Assembly: GCA_965224485.1 (NCBI GenBank)
Contig: CBDCZH010000015.1
Location: 160,001-224,000, forward strand
Length of the DNA stretch: 64,000 nt
Origin: Arcobacteraceae bacterium
Lineage (GTDB): Bacteria > Campylobacterota > Campylobacteria > Campylobacterales > Arcobacteraceae
Direction: 5' to 3'
The notes below the pieces were generated by a model. That model saw only the letters and a list, made by a program, of their open reading frames with translations. It was not told the DNA's origin and ran no database searches. The first letter of the stretch is position 1; each line of letters opens with the position of its first letter. Position numbers and translations under genes: made by a program. Of this stretch, positions 20,738-29,578 are shown piece after piece.

Positions 20738-21675
20738 TTCAATTAAAATTTAACCCTACACTTTTGGACGAACATTACAATATACTTAAAATAGAATTAA
20801 CAAGCTTAATTGATAAATTAAATACTGATAAAAAAATTACAAAAAAAAGAAAAAAAGCTGATGGAACTTTTGAAAATTATACTTTCCTAACTTTAACTAC
20901 TTCATTACTTACTTTTATAAACAATTTAAATTTAGAGATGTTGTTAAAATCTAAATGTATAAAAGAAAGAATTAATGAAATGGGAGTGTTTCTTAAAAAT
21001 TCAGATGAATATAAATTATTATTTTATATCTTTGTTGAAAAAGGATATATGAAATGTTTTACAAAGGGTAATAATGCAAAAAATTACTCTGCATACACTT
21101 TAGTAGAGAAGTTAGCTATAAAAACTTGTCCTTATTGTAATAGAAATTATATATTTGTTGTAAAAAAAGGTAAGTTAAGACCTGAGATTGACCATTTTTA
21201 TCCTAAAACAGTATATCCATATTTAGCAGTTAATTTTTTTAATTTAATACCTTCTTGTCAAACTTGTAATAAAACAAAAAGCGATAAGGTGAATTTTGAT
21301 TGGATTAATCCTTATGATGTTAAAAAATACGATTATACATTGACTTATAAACCTAAAAGCATTGATTTTATAGAAGTTGAAAATAAAAAATATAACTTCG
21401 ATAGTTTTGATATTAATTTTACTTCAACAAACGAAAATATTAAAACCTTTAAATTAGAAGAATTATATAAACAACACAAAGATATTGTTCTTGAACTTTT
21501 GATTAAAAAAGCTTATTATCCTGAAAGTTATATCAAAGAGTTAAAAGGGTTTGGGTTTAGTAGTGATGAAGTGTATAGATATTTATTTTGTAATTACAAA
21601 GAGGATAAAGATTTACACAAAAGACCACTTAGTAAACTTACAAAAGATATTTCAGAAGAGTTAGGTCTGATATGA
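20734..21675 (+). CDS. PtuB-like HNH endonuclease
   Basis: CPYCN...EIDHFYPK..YPYLA..FFNLIPSCQTCN; GTGA overlap with the ATPase. Confidence 0.88.
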   Translation: MIQLKFNPTLLDEHYNILKIELTSLIDKLNTDKKITKKRKKADGTFENYTFLTLTTSLLTFINNLNLEMLLKSKCIKERINEMGVFLKNSDEYKLLFYIFVEKGYMKCFTKGNNAKNYSAYTLVEKLAIKTCPYCNRNYIFVVKKGKLRPEIDHFYPKTVYPYLAVNFFNLIPSCQTCNKTKSDKVNFDWINPYDVKKYDYTLTYKPKSIDFIEVENKKYNFDSFDINFTSTNENIKTFKLEELYKQHKDIVLELLIKKAYYPESYIKELKGFGFSSDEVYRYLFCNYKEDKDLHKRPLSKLTKDISEELGLI

Positions 21676-21706
21676 AAATATATTATAGTACAAAAGGCAA
21701 AAACTG

Positions 21707-22712
21707 ATGGAAAAAAAACCTACAAATAGAAACAACAGCCCAATTTTTAATTTACAAATCAGATAATCATGATGTAAAAGTAGATGTACTCTTACATGAT
21801 GAAAACATTTGGCTTACACAAGAGCAAATGGCACAATTATTTGGTAAAGCAAAATCAACTATAAATGAACATATTAAAAATATTTTCAAAGATGAAGAGC
21901 TTATAGAATCAGAAGTTATACAGAAATTCGGAAATTCCGAATTTCAGCAAAAAGCACCAAATTATTATAATCTTGATACTATTATTTCAGTTGGATATAG
22001 AGTAAAATCAATACAAGGTGTAAGGTTCCGACAATGGGCAACTAAAAGACTACAAGAGTATATCATCAAAGGTTTTACTATGGATGATGAGAGACTCAAA
22101 AATCCAGAACAACCTTTTGGAAAAGATTATTTCAAAGAGCAATTAGAACGTATAAAAGATATTCGCTCTAGTGAAAGAAGATTTTATCAACAAATCACAG
22201 ATATCTATAGTGAATGTAGTATTGATTATGATAAAAATTCGAAAGCTACGAAAGTGTTTTTTGCTACTGTTCAAAATAAATTACATTGGGCTATAACTAA
22301 TCAGACAGCTTCAGAAATAATATATTCAAGAGCCAACCATGAAAAAGATAATATGGGATTAACTACTTGGAAAACAGCTCCAACAGGGAGAATAAGAAAA
22401 ACTGATGTAATTGTAGCTAAAAACTATTTACAAGAAAAAGAGTTAAAAACATTAAACAGGGTTGTAACAATGTACCTTGATTATGCAGAACATCAAGCAG
22501 AACGACAAATTCCTATGACTATGGGTGATTGGTCTAAGAGACTAAATACTTTTTTAGAATTCAATGAGCATGATATTTTACAAGATGCAGGAAAAATTAC
22601 AGCAAAAATTGCAAAAGAGTTTGCTATAAATGAATTTGAAAGATTTAAAGTAATACAAAATAAATCATATCAGAGTGATTTTGATAGATTACTAGGTAAG
22701 ATAGAGATTTAG
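21707..22712 (+). CDS. Virulence RhuM-family DNA-binding protein (true start about 21707, extra A in an A-run)
   Basis: FLIYK...VDVLLHDENIWLTQEQMAQLFG, YYNLDTIISVGYRVKS..G.RFRQWAT, IRSSERRFYQ, VQNKLHWA. Confidence 0.92.
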
Positions 22713-22720
22713 GTAGATAC

Positions 22721-22850
22721 ACACGACAAAACCTTGGAGAAAACAAGGTAGTAGTCGTGAAAATTTGAATTATTATATGTCATAAATAGATATAAATAAA
22801 TTTAATTATCTAAACGTTATTTACCTTGTTCTTCAAGTCAAACATTACAT
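22721..22850 (+). other. Degenerate attC site
   Basis: ACACGAC (two transitions from ATACAAC, the complement of attI-2 GTTGTAT), inverted arms CTTGGAGAAAACAAGGTA / TACCTTGTTCTTCAAG, ends CAAAC-ATTACAT (GTT changed to ATT) just before the next RBS. Confidence 0.6.
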
Positions 22851-22867
22851 AAAAAAAGGAAAACTAA

Positions 22868-23173
22868 ATGATTACGTGTTATTTGAATTATATTATAGAT
22901 ACAAAGAAAATAAAAGAGTTTGAACATTATGCTAAATTATGGATTCCATTAGTAAATAAATTTGGAGGTAAGCACCATGGTTATTTTCTTCCTTCAGAAG
23001 GAAAGAATAATGTTGCATTAGCACTATTTACATTTCCAAGTTTTGCAAGTTATGAAAAATATAGAAACGAATCTTTTAAAGATAAAGAATGTATAGAAGC
23101 CTTTAAATATGCAGAAGAAACCAACTGTATTATTAGCTACGATAGAAGCTTTTTTAGACCAGTTTTTAGTTAA
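22868..23173 (+). CDS. NIPSNAP-family protein (probable cassette gene)
   Basis: MITCY..Y.ID..K..EFE.YA..W..LV.KFGG.HHGYFLPSEG..N.ALALF.FPS.A.YE.YR. Confidence 0.88.
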   Translation: MITCYLNYIIDTKKIKEFEHYAKLWIPLVNKFGGKHHGYFLPSEGKNNVALALFTFPSFASYEKYRNESFKDKECIEAFKYAEETNCIISYDRSFFRPVFS

Positions 23174-23215
23174 GTAATAACAAATAAAAAATCTAATTTA
23201 TGGAGATAAATACTA

Positions 23216-23563
23216 GTGAAAATATCTTATCATCGTAGACGTAAAATGAAAACACGAAGAATTGCTTTAAGAGCTTTAATTTTACGAGGAATAACAGAAG
23301 CTAAAGATTTAGCAAAAGAATTAAAAGTTACAACTTCTACAATAAAAAGAGATTTAGAAGCACTTAAAACTATGAGTGAAAAAGACTTTACATTTGAAAA
23401 AAGGGAAACATCTAAAGAAATACTTGAGAAAAAAGACACTATATTAAAAATGTTAGATAATGAAGAGTATTATAATGAAAATGGTGAAATAAACATATCA
23501 AAAATAACAAAAGAACTTAAAACAAGTAGATCAACAGTTTTAGCTGTTTTAAATGGGGAATAA
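23216..23563 (+). CDS. Small protein with two helix-turn-helix motifs
   Basis: AKDLAKELKVTTSTIKRDLEAL (DeoR/HTH_11-like) and ISKITKELKTSRSTV. Confidence 0.7.
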   Translation: MKISYHRRRKMKTRRIALRALILRGITEAKDLAKELKVTTSTIKRDLEALKTMSEKDFTFEKRETSKEILEKKDTILKMLDNEEYYNENGEINISKITKELKTSRSTVLAVLNGE

Positions 23564-23579
23564 ATTTAAAGGAAGAGAA

Positions 23580-23873
23580 ATGATATTAGAAGTAGCCATC
23601 TTAGATGTAAAAGAAGAAGAAATAAAAAATTTTGAAGAAACTTTTAGGGAAGCTTCAAAGATAATCTCTTCTAAAAAGGGATATGTATCACATTCACTTC
23701 AAAAATGTATTGAAAAAGATAATAGATATTTATTAATGGTTACTTGGCAAACCCTGGAAGATCATACAATTGGGTTTAGAGAATCTAAAGAATATTTGCA
23801 GTGGAAAAAACTATTGCATCATTTTTATGAACCATTTCCAATAGTTGAGCATTATTGCGAAAATATTTTATAA
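23580..23873 (+). CDS. Antibiotic biosynthesis monooxygenase (ABM) family protein
   Basis: MILEVAILDVK...GY.SH.L..C.E...RYLL.V.W.TLEDHT.GFR.S..Y..WK.LLHHFY.PFP.VEHY. Confidence 0.9.
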   Translation: MILEVAILDVKEEEIKNFEETFREASKIISSKKGYVSHSLQKCIEKDNRYLLMVTWQTLEDHTIGFRESKEYLQWKKLLHHFYEPFPIVEHYCENIL

Positions 23874-23888
23874 GATATTTATAATTAT

Positions 23889-23937
23889 TTGACAAAAAAG
23901 AAAAATAGTATTATAATTTTACCAAACAAGCGTTTGG
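23889..23937 (+). promoter_or_regulatory. Consensus sigma70 promoter plus TetR-type operator
   Basis: TTGACA-17 bp-TATAAT followed by CCAAAC-AAGC-GTTTGG; related AAAC-AATC-GTTTGG at 24521-24534. Confidence 0.8.
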
Positions 23938-23947
23938 GAGAATTATT

Positions 23948-24499
23948 ATTAAAAAAACATCTAAAGAAGATATATTAGAACATTCAATCAAACTTTTTAA
24001 AATAAATGGATACCACCATACTACTATGTCTAATATTGCGGATGAATGTGGTTTACAAAAAGGAAGTATTTACCATTATTTTAAAAGCAAAGAAGAAATA
24101 GCATTAGAATCCTTAAAATATATTCATACATATTTCAAAGACAATATTTTTAATATTTCATATCAAGAAACTTTAACAAACAAAGAAAAGTTAAAATTAT
24201 TTGTAAAAAAAATTGATACTTATTTTTTAAATAGTAAAGGTGGATGTTTATTAGGAAACCTAGCTTTAGAAGTTTCATTAGGGAATATATTATTTCAAAA
24301 TGAAATAAAAGAATATTTTATAAATTGGGAAAAAGCACTAAGTAATATTCTTGAAGAATCTTATTCTAAAAGAGAAGCCCTAAACTTATCAAAAGAGTTT
24401 ATTGCTTTAACTCAAGGAGAAATAATGATGATGAATTTATATAATTCTAAAGATAATTATATAAAAGTTGGTAAAAAACTAATTGCTCTTATCGAGTAA
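23948..24499 (+). CDS. TetR/AcrR transcriptional regulator (helix 1 lies upstream of the listed Met; probable ATT start)
   Basis: In-frame IKKTSKEDILEHSIKLFKINGYHHTTMSNIADECGLQKGSIYHYFKSKEE; GCLLGNLALE. Confidence 0.9.
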   Translation: MKKTSKEDILEHSIKLFKINGYHHTTMSNIADECGLQKGSIYHYFKSKEEIALESLKYIHTYFKDNIFNISYQETLTNKEKLKLFVKKIDTYFLNSKGGCLLGNLALEVSLGNILFQNEIKEYFINWEKALSNILEESYSKREALNLSKEFIALTQGEIMMMNLYNSKDNYIKVGKKLIALIE

Positions 24500-24562
24500 T
24501 TTTTTTTGAACTATATAATAAAACAATCGTTTGGTAGATAAATCAAACACAAAAGGATAATA

Positions 24563-25075
24563 ATGATTTCGTATTTTAAAAAATTTAAAGGGACTCAAGA
24601 AGAACTTCCCAAAAGAGCAGCATCTAAAACAATACTATTAGCATGGATTGGTTCATTTTTAACAATAGCTATACTTATGCTCTTAAGTACAAATCTAAAT
24701 GAAACACTTATTTTAGGCTCTTTTGGTGCATCTTGTGTATTAGTTTTTGCTTTTCCTAAAAGTCCATTTTCCCAACCACGTAATGTTATATTGGGGCATT
24801 GTATATCAAGTTTTACAGGTTTATGCTTTTTACATTTTGTAGGTGAGCAATGGTGGAGTTTAGCTCTTGCTTTAGCTAGTGCAATTGCTTTTATGCTTAT
24901 AACAAGAACAGTTCATCCCCCAGCTGGTTCAAATCCTGTTATAGTATTTTTAGCAGGATCAAATTGGCAATTTTTAATAACACCTACACTATTAGGTTCA
25001 ATCATTTTAGTAATAATCGCAGTTTTTTATCTAAATTTAAAAAAAGACCAACAATATCCTTCTTATTGGTTCTAA
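24563..25075 (+). CDS. HPP-family membrane protein
   Basis: GSFGASCVLVF..P.SPFSQPRNV, TVHPPAG. Confidence 0.93.
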   Translation: MISYFKKFKGTQEELPKRAASKTILLAWIGSFLTIAILMLLSTNLNETLILGSFGASCVLVFAFPKSPFSQPRNVILGHCISSFTGLCFLHFVGEQWWSLALALASAIAFMLITRTVHPPAGSNPVIVFLAGSNWQFLITPTLLGSIILVIIAVFYLNLKKDQQYPSYWF

Positions 25076-25197
25076 ATTAAAATTAGAGTTTATTATTCTT
25101 TGTATTTTTTATAATAAACCCTAACTTTGATATAATAATAAGTATAAAAATACTTTTATACTCTAGTAAAATATATGCACTTACAAAGGATGAGAAT

Positions 25198-25569
25198 ATG
25201 CCACATTTTATAATAGATTGTTCAAAGGATGTGCTTAAAACACATTCTTCCAAAAAGATAATTTCTGAAGTTCAAAAAAGTGCTATTTCCACAAAATTAT
25301 TTCATAAAAAAGATATAAAAGTAAGACTTAACTCTTTTGATGATTATGTAACAGGAGAGAAAAAAGAAGATTTTATTCATGTTTTTGCAAATATCATGGA
25401 AGGAAGAACAATAAAGCAAAAAGCGAATCTTTCAAAAACAATAGTTAAAAATTTAGCAAGTATATTTCCACTTGTTCCTAATATAGGAACAAATGTAATT
25501 GAATTTGAAAAAGCAAGTTATTTTAATAAAAACATGCTTGATAAAGATTATGAATTTTCAATGCCATAA
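25198..25569 (+). CDS. 5-carboxymethyl-2-hydroxymuconate isomerase (tautomerase) family protein
   Basis: MPHFIIDCS (catalytic Pro1), DIKVR, FIHVF..IMEGRT..QK. Confidence 0.88.
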   Translation: MPHFIIDCSKDVLKTHSSKKIISEVQKSAISTKLFHKKDIKVRLNSFDDYVTGEKKEDFIHVFANIMEGRTIKQKANLSKTIVKNLASIFPLVPNIGTNVIEFEKASYFNKNMLDKDYEFSMP

Positions 25570-26804
25570 AAACTATTTGTATAATTTTCTAGTTTTTCTC
25601 TAAGAACAGAAATCTTTTTATCAAAATTTTCATCATTTATTAATTGATCAATATAAAGTTTTGCCAGCCTACTTTTTAAAATATAATGTTTTGGATAATA
25701 CTCTTTTACTAAAAAATATACATATTGAGCTAAATCATCTTTAGCAATAAATTGATGCTCATAATTTTCTCTTTTAAAAATAGCACAGGTTAGTCCTTCT
25801 TTAATAGCGCTAATTATTCCTTCTGCACTTTTATCTTTTACAAAAACAATAGTAAATCTTTCACCTATCTCATGGTCACTATCATGGGCATCAGAATTAG
25901 CAAATGGCGATAAATACTTATATTTATTTTTTGTTTGAAGAGCTGTTAAATGAGTCATATTATTATGCTCTTTAATCTTCTCTTCTCCAAAAACTTCAAC
26001 TCCATCTAAGTGTGAACTTTTTAGCATTTCTTTATAAAAAGCTTGATGAAGATGATATTTCCCATCTTTATATACCCAATTAGGGTGGGCAAGAATTGAA
26101 ATACCCTTTGCTTCTTTTATTTTATTTATTACCCAGATATTTTTAGCATAATGTTTTAAATCAATACTTTTATTAATATTTTCTTTTTTTAAATCTTTTA
26201 CAATAGTATCTAATTCTTTTTCATATTCTTTTTTATTAGATCTTTGCTTATCTATTGACTTATTTGTGTTTATTGCTAAAATATGTCCATTACCTTGAGA
26301 AATAGTCATATCTCGTTTTCCACCTACACTTACTTCTTCTCCTGGTAAAACTAAAATATCAATATTATTTTTCTTAACTTTTTTTATTGCTATTTCGGAA
26401 CCTTCATAAGTATCATGATCAGTGACACTTAAAAAATCCATTCCTTTATCTAGGGAAGCTAAAACAAGAGCAAAAGGGCTTGTTCTACCATCAGAATATG
26501 TTGAGTGCATATGTAAATCACCCTTTAAGGGTCTAAGTTTAATCATATTTTTATCTAAACAGTATAAACAGACTGTTTTACTCTCTTTATAAGTAAAATT
26601 CACCTTTATTATGAACTCACCTATATATGGCATTTTATATGAAAAAAGTATATTATTGTTTTTGATTTTATATTCAAGTTCATCTTTATGATAATAATCA
26701 CTACGAGAAAGAATTTCTATAGATTCAATATTTCTTGTATTTTTTAAAGAAAGTTCATAATGTATATTTTTATTTTGTTCTATAACATTTGGAGTAATTT
26801 TCAA
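25548..26804 (-). CDS. PHP-domain metallophosphoesterase
   Basis: GDLHMHSTYSDG, VTDHD, GEEV, LAHPNW, NSDAH. Confidence 0.9.
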   Translation of the reverse strand: MKITPNVIEQNKNIHYELSLKNTRNIESIEILSRSDYYHKDELEYKIKNNNILFSYKMPYIGEFIIKVNFTYKESKTVCLYCLDKNMIKLRPLKGDLHMHSTYSDGRTSPFALVLASLDKGMDFLSVTDHDTYEGSEIAIKKVKKNNIDILVLPGEEVSVGGKRDMTISQGNGHILAINTNKSIDKQRSNKKEYEKELDTIVKDLKKENINKSIDLKHYAKNIWVINKIKEAKGISILAHPNWVYKDGKYHLHQAFYKEMLKSSHLDGVEVFGEEKIKEHNNMTHLTALQTKNKYKYLSPFANSDAHDSDHEIGERFTIVFVKDKSAEGIISAIKEGLTCAIFKRENYEHQFIAKDDLAQYVYFLVKEYYPKHYILKSRLAKLYIDQLINDENFDKKISVLREKLENYTNSFYGIENS

Positions 26805-26895
26805 AAGATTTTCCTGCTTTTTTTATAGTTTAACTATAAATAATTACAAGATGGTTACATAAAACAAGCAAAGAAACTCTTTTGCTTATCTTAAC

Positions 26896-27531
26896 TTATT
26901 TAATAAATTCAATTACATCTTCGAATTTTGATCTTAGTTGTTTAGATTGTTCATTTATTCTATATCCAAAAGGAAGAACCATAGATACTTGGTATTTACT
27001 AGTATCAAGTTCTAAAACTTTTTCAAGCTTTTCCTTTTCAAAACCCTCGATAGGACAAGAATCAATTTCTAAGCTTGCAGCTGCATTCATCATATTAGCA
27101 GCAGCAATATAAGTTTGTCTTGCACTCCATTGAAAAATTTTATCATCATCATTTAGAACATTGCTCAGATGTGAAGCATAAAGTTCTATAAATGAATCTA
27201 ATTTTTCAGTTGGTAAATTGCGACGAAGAAGTTGTGAGCGAACTACGCCGCTTTCTACTTTTAGGCTATTTATTCCAGCTAATACAATTACTAAGTGAGA
27301 ACAAGTTGTAATTTGAGCTTGATTCCAACAAAAAGGTCTTATTTTTTCTCTTAATTCTTTATTACTTATAACTAAAAACTTCCATGCTTCCATTCCAAAA
27401 GAACTAGGAGATATTCTTGCCATTTCTAAAATATAAGAGATATCTTCATCATTGATTTTTTTACTCTCATCAAATATTTTGCAAGCATGTCTAAAATTCA
27501 TTAGTGTTGAAAAATTATCTTTTTTATTCAT
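26896..27531 (-). CDS. NAD(P)H-dependent nitroreductase
   Basis: RHACKIFD, SPSSFGMEAWKF, IDSCPIEGF, FGYR. Confidence 0.93.
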   Translation of the reverse strand: MNKKDNFSTLMNFRHACKIFDESKKINDEDISYILEMARISPSSFGMEAWKFLVISNKELREKIRPFCWNQAQITTCSHLVIVLAGINSLKVESGVVRSQLLRRNLPTEKLDSFIELYASHLSNVLNDDDKIFQWSARQTYIAAANMMNAAASLEIDSCPIEGFEKEKLEKVLELDTSKYQVSMVLPFGYRINEQSKQLRSKFEDVIEFIK

Positions 27532-27551
27532 TATTTGCCTTTTTAATTAGT

Positions 27552-28208
27552 TTATATAAGTTTTAAAGAATAAATAACAGTAATACTAAGAGTATAAGCT
27601 GCAAGCAAATATACATTTCTAGGATTTCCTGAAAGTTTTGGTGTTTTAATTTCTGATACATTTAAAATAGCAAGGCCAACAGCACTTGAATATAAAACTA
27701 TTGTAAAAGCACCATGACTCATTATACTTTCTAATAAAAATATAGAAACTAAGATTAAACTATTATTGTCAAGTGCTAAACCTGTATACTTAGTACCACC
27801 TGCTAAACCATAAGTACTAAAATAACTAAGTCTAATAGCAGCTGCGCTTAACATTATAAATGCTCCTATCAAATATATAGGCTCAAATTTTCCATAACTT
27901 AAGAGTAAAATGGCTGGAGTTACCCCATAACTTACTATATCAATTACAACATCAAGTTGTCCACCAAATTTAGCATCATTAGTAGTTCTACCTTTTAGTT
28001 TTCTAGCTACTAAACCATCAGCCCAATCAAAAGCAACAGCCCAAACCATTCCAATCATAGCCGCAGAATAAACTCCTATGATTGAGAAATAAATAGCTAA
28101 AACAGTACATAACAATCCACTAAGAGATAAAAGATTTGGAAGGTCTTTAACATAAGATAGAATTGTAGGTTGTTTTGGTTCTAAAGCGTTAGAATTTTTG
28201 TTTAACAT
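27552..28208 (-). CDS. CDP-alcohol phosphatidyltransferase family protein
   Basis: PNLLSL and D.ADG.VAR...FG..LD...D signature. Confidence 0.92.
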   Translation of the reverse strand: MLNKNSNALEPKQPTILSYVKDLPNLLSLSGLLCTVLAIYFSIIGVYSAAMIGMVWAVAFDWADGLVARKLKGRTTNDAKFGGQLDVVIDIVSYGVTPAILLLSYGKFEPIYLIGAFIMLSAAAIRLSYFSTYGLAGGTKYTGLALDNNSLILVSIFLLESIMSHGAFTIVLYSSAVGLAILNVSEIKTPKLSGNPRNVYLLAAYTLSITVIYSLKLI

Positions 28209-28314
28209 AAAAGAAGTCCTTAGGAGTAATAATTTTCTTTGAATGATGCCAAATATTTGGCATAAAAATGCTATCTTACCATAAATACTATTATTATTTG
28301 AAGGAAAATAAATT

Positions 28315-28770
28315 ATGCTTGTATATACTGTTGGAACTTTTGATTTGTTACATGTTGGTCATTTGGCTTTATTAGAATATTGTAAAACATTAGGTGATAA
28401 ATTTGTTGTAGGAGTTGCTTCTGATGAAGTTGTAGGCTCATATAAAAGGAATGTTCCTGTTATTCCTTTAAACCAAAGAATGGAAATGCTTAAAGCTTTA
28501 CAATGTGTAGATGATGTTGTATCTTATAATAAACTTGATTATGTAACTAATTGTAAAGATTTAGATATTGATATTTTTGTTATTGGAGAAGATTGGGGAG
28601 ACAGTGCACATAATATAGCAGTTGAGAAATACCTTAAATCAAAAGGTAAAAGAATAATTCAAGTTTCTTATAATCCAGAAACATCATCAACAAAAATAAA
28701 ACAAAATGTTATAGCCCAAGCTCATAAAGGTAAATACCTAGCTCATGAACTTACTAAGATTGATGCTTAA
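28315..28770 (+). CDS. TagD-like cytidylyltransferase
   Basis: YTVGTFDLLHVGH, VGVASD, R.EML.AL.CVD.V, GEDW, SSTKIK. Confidence 0.92.
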   Translation: MLVYTVGTFDLLHVGHLALLEYCKTLGDKFVVGVASDEVVGSYKRNVPVIPLNQRMEMLKALQCVDDVVSYNKLDYVTNCKDLDIDIFVIGEDWGDSAHNIAVEKYLKSKGKRIIQVSYNPETSSTKIKQNVIAQAHKGKYLAHELTKIDA

Positions 28771-28804
28771 AAAACTAATATATTCTAAAACTGTATAAAA
28801 CCTT

Positions 28805-29575
28805 TTAAGGTTTTATACAAAGTACCTCAGCACCCATAAGATTTTTATCTCCACAACTTTTAAATATTCTTTCATATTTTTTATTCTTTTTTATAAGAGA
28901 AAGACCTTTATCTAACTTATCCATAAAATATTTACTATCTTTGTGTTTTTTAGAAAAAGCCGCATATATATCTAAAGATTCCCCTTTAAATACTTTTTTT
29001 AATAAACCTTCAAATTTATTTTTTTTAATAAGTTCAGCAGCTATATCATCATAAAGAAGAATCATATCTACTCTTTTTCTTCTTAATTTCTCAAAATTTT
29101 GAAAATGTGTAGCTACGCGCTCTAAAGTTATATTGTTTTTATTTAAATCTATAAAATCACCATAATTATAACCTACAATTATTCCAACTTTGATAGAAGA
29201 GTCTAAATCATTCATATTTTTCAAGCTAAGTAAAGATGAATCTTTTAAAACGTAAAAATGAGAAGAAACAGAAAATAAAGGTTTTTTACCAAATAAATAC
29301 TTTCTCCTATTTACACTTACATTTCCAAAACTAATACCAAGTATACTAACCCCTGCTTTTAATTTTTCTTTTATTCTAGCAAAAGGCAGAATTTTAAAAT
29401 CACTAGTGATATTTACTTCTTCATATGCTGTACGTAATAAACTATTTGCAATACCAGAACCATCAATATTTGAATAAGGTGGCCACTCATCTTCTGCTAA
29501 AATTTCAACATTTTCATTTGCAAAAGAGAAACTAATACAAAATACTAAGATATATAAGACCTTAAACATTATCAA
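28805..29575 (-). CDS. Periplasmic substrate-binding protein (family 3-like)
   Basis: Signal peptide, EWPPY, LPFAR, VGII.GYNYG, L..KRVD, AFSK. Confidence 0.85.
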   Translation of the reverse strand: MIMFKVLYILVFCISFSFANENVEILAEDEWPPYSNIDGSGIANSLLRTAYEEVNITSDFKILPFARIKEKLKAGVSILGISFGNVSVNRRKYLFGKKPLFSVSSHFYVLKDSSLLSLKNMNDLDSSIKVGIIVGYNYGDFIDLNKNNITLERVATHFQNFEKLRRKRVDMILLYDDIAAELIKKNKFEGLLKKVFKGESLDIYAAFSKKHKDSKYFMDKLDKGLSLIKKNKKYERIFKSCGDKNLMGAEVLCIKP

Positions 29576-29578
29576 CCT

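Noticed and set aside
28256..28272. Sigma54 promoter TTGGCA...TGC before the cytidylyltransferase
   Set aside because: GG to GC spacing is 9 nt rather than the required 10, so it is treated only as part of a palindrome.
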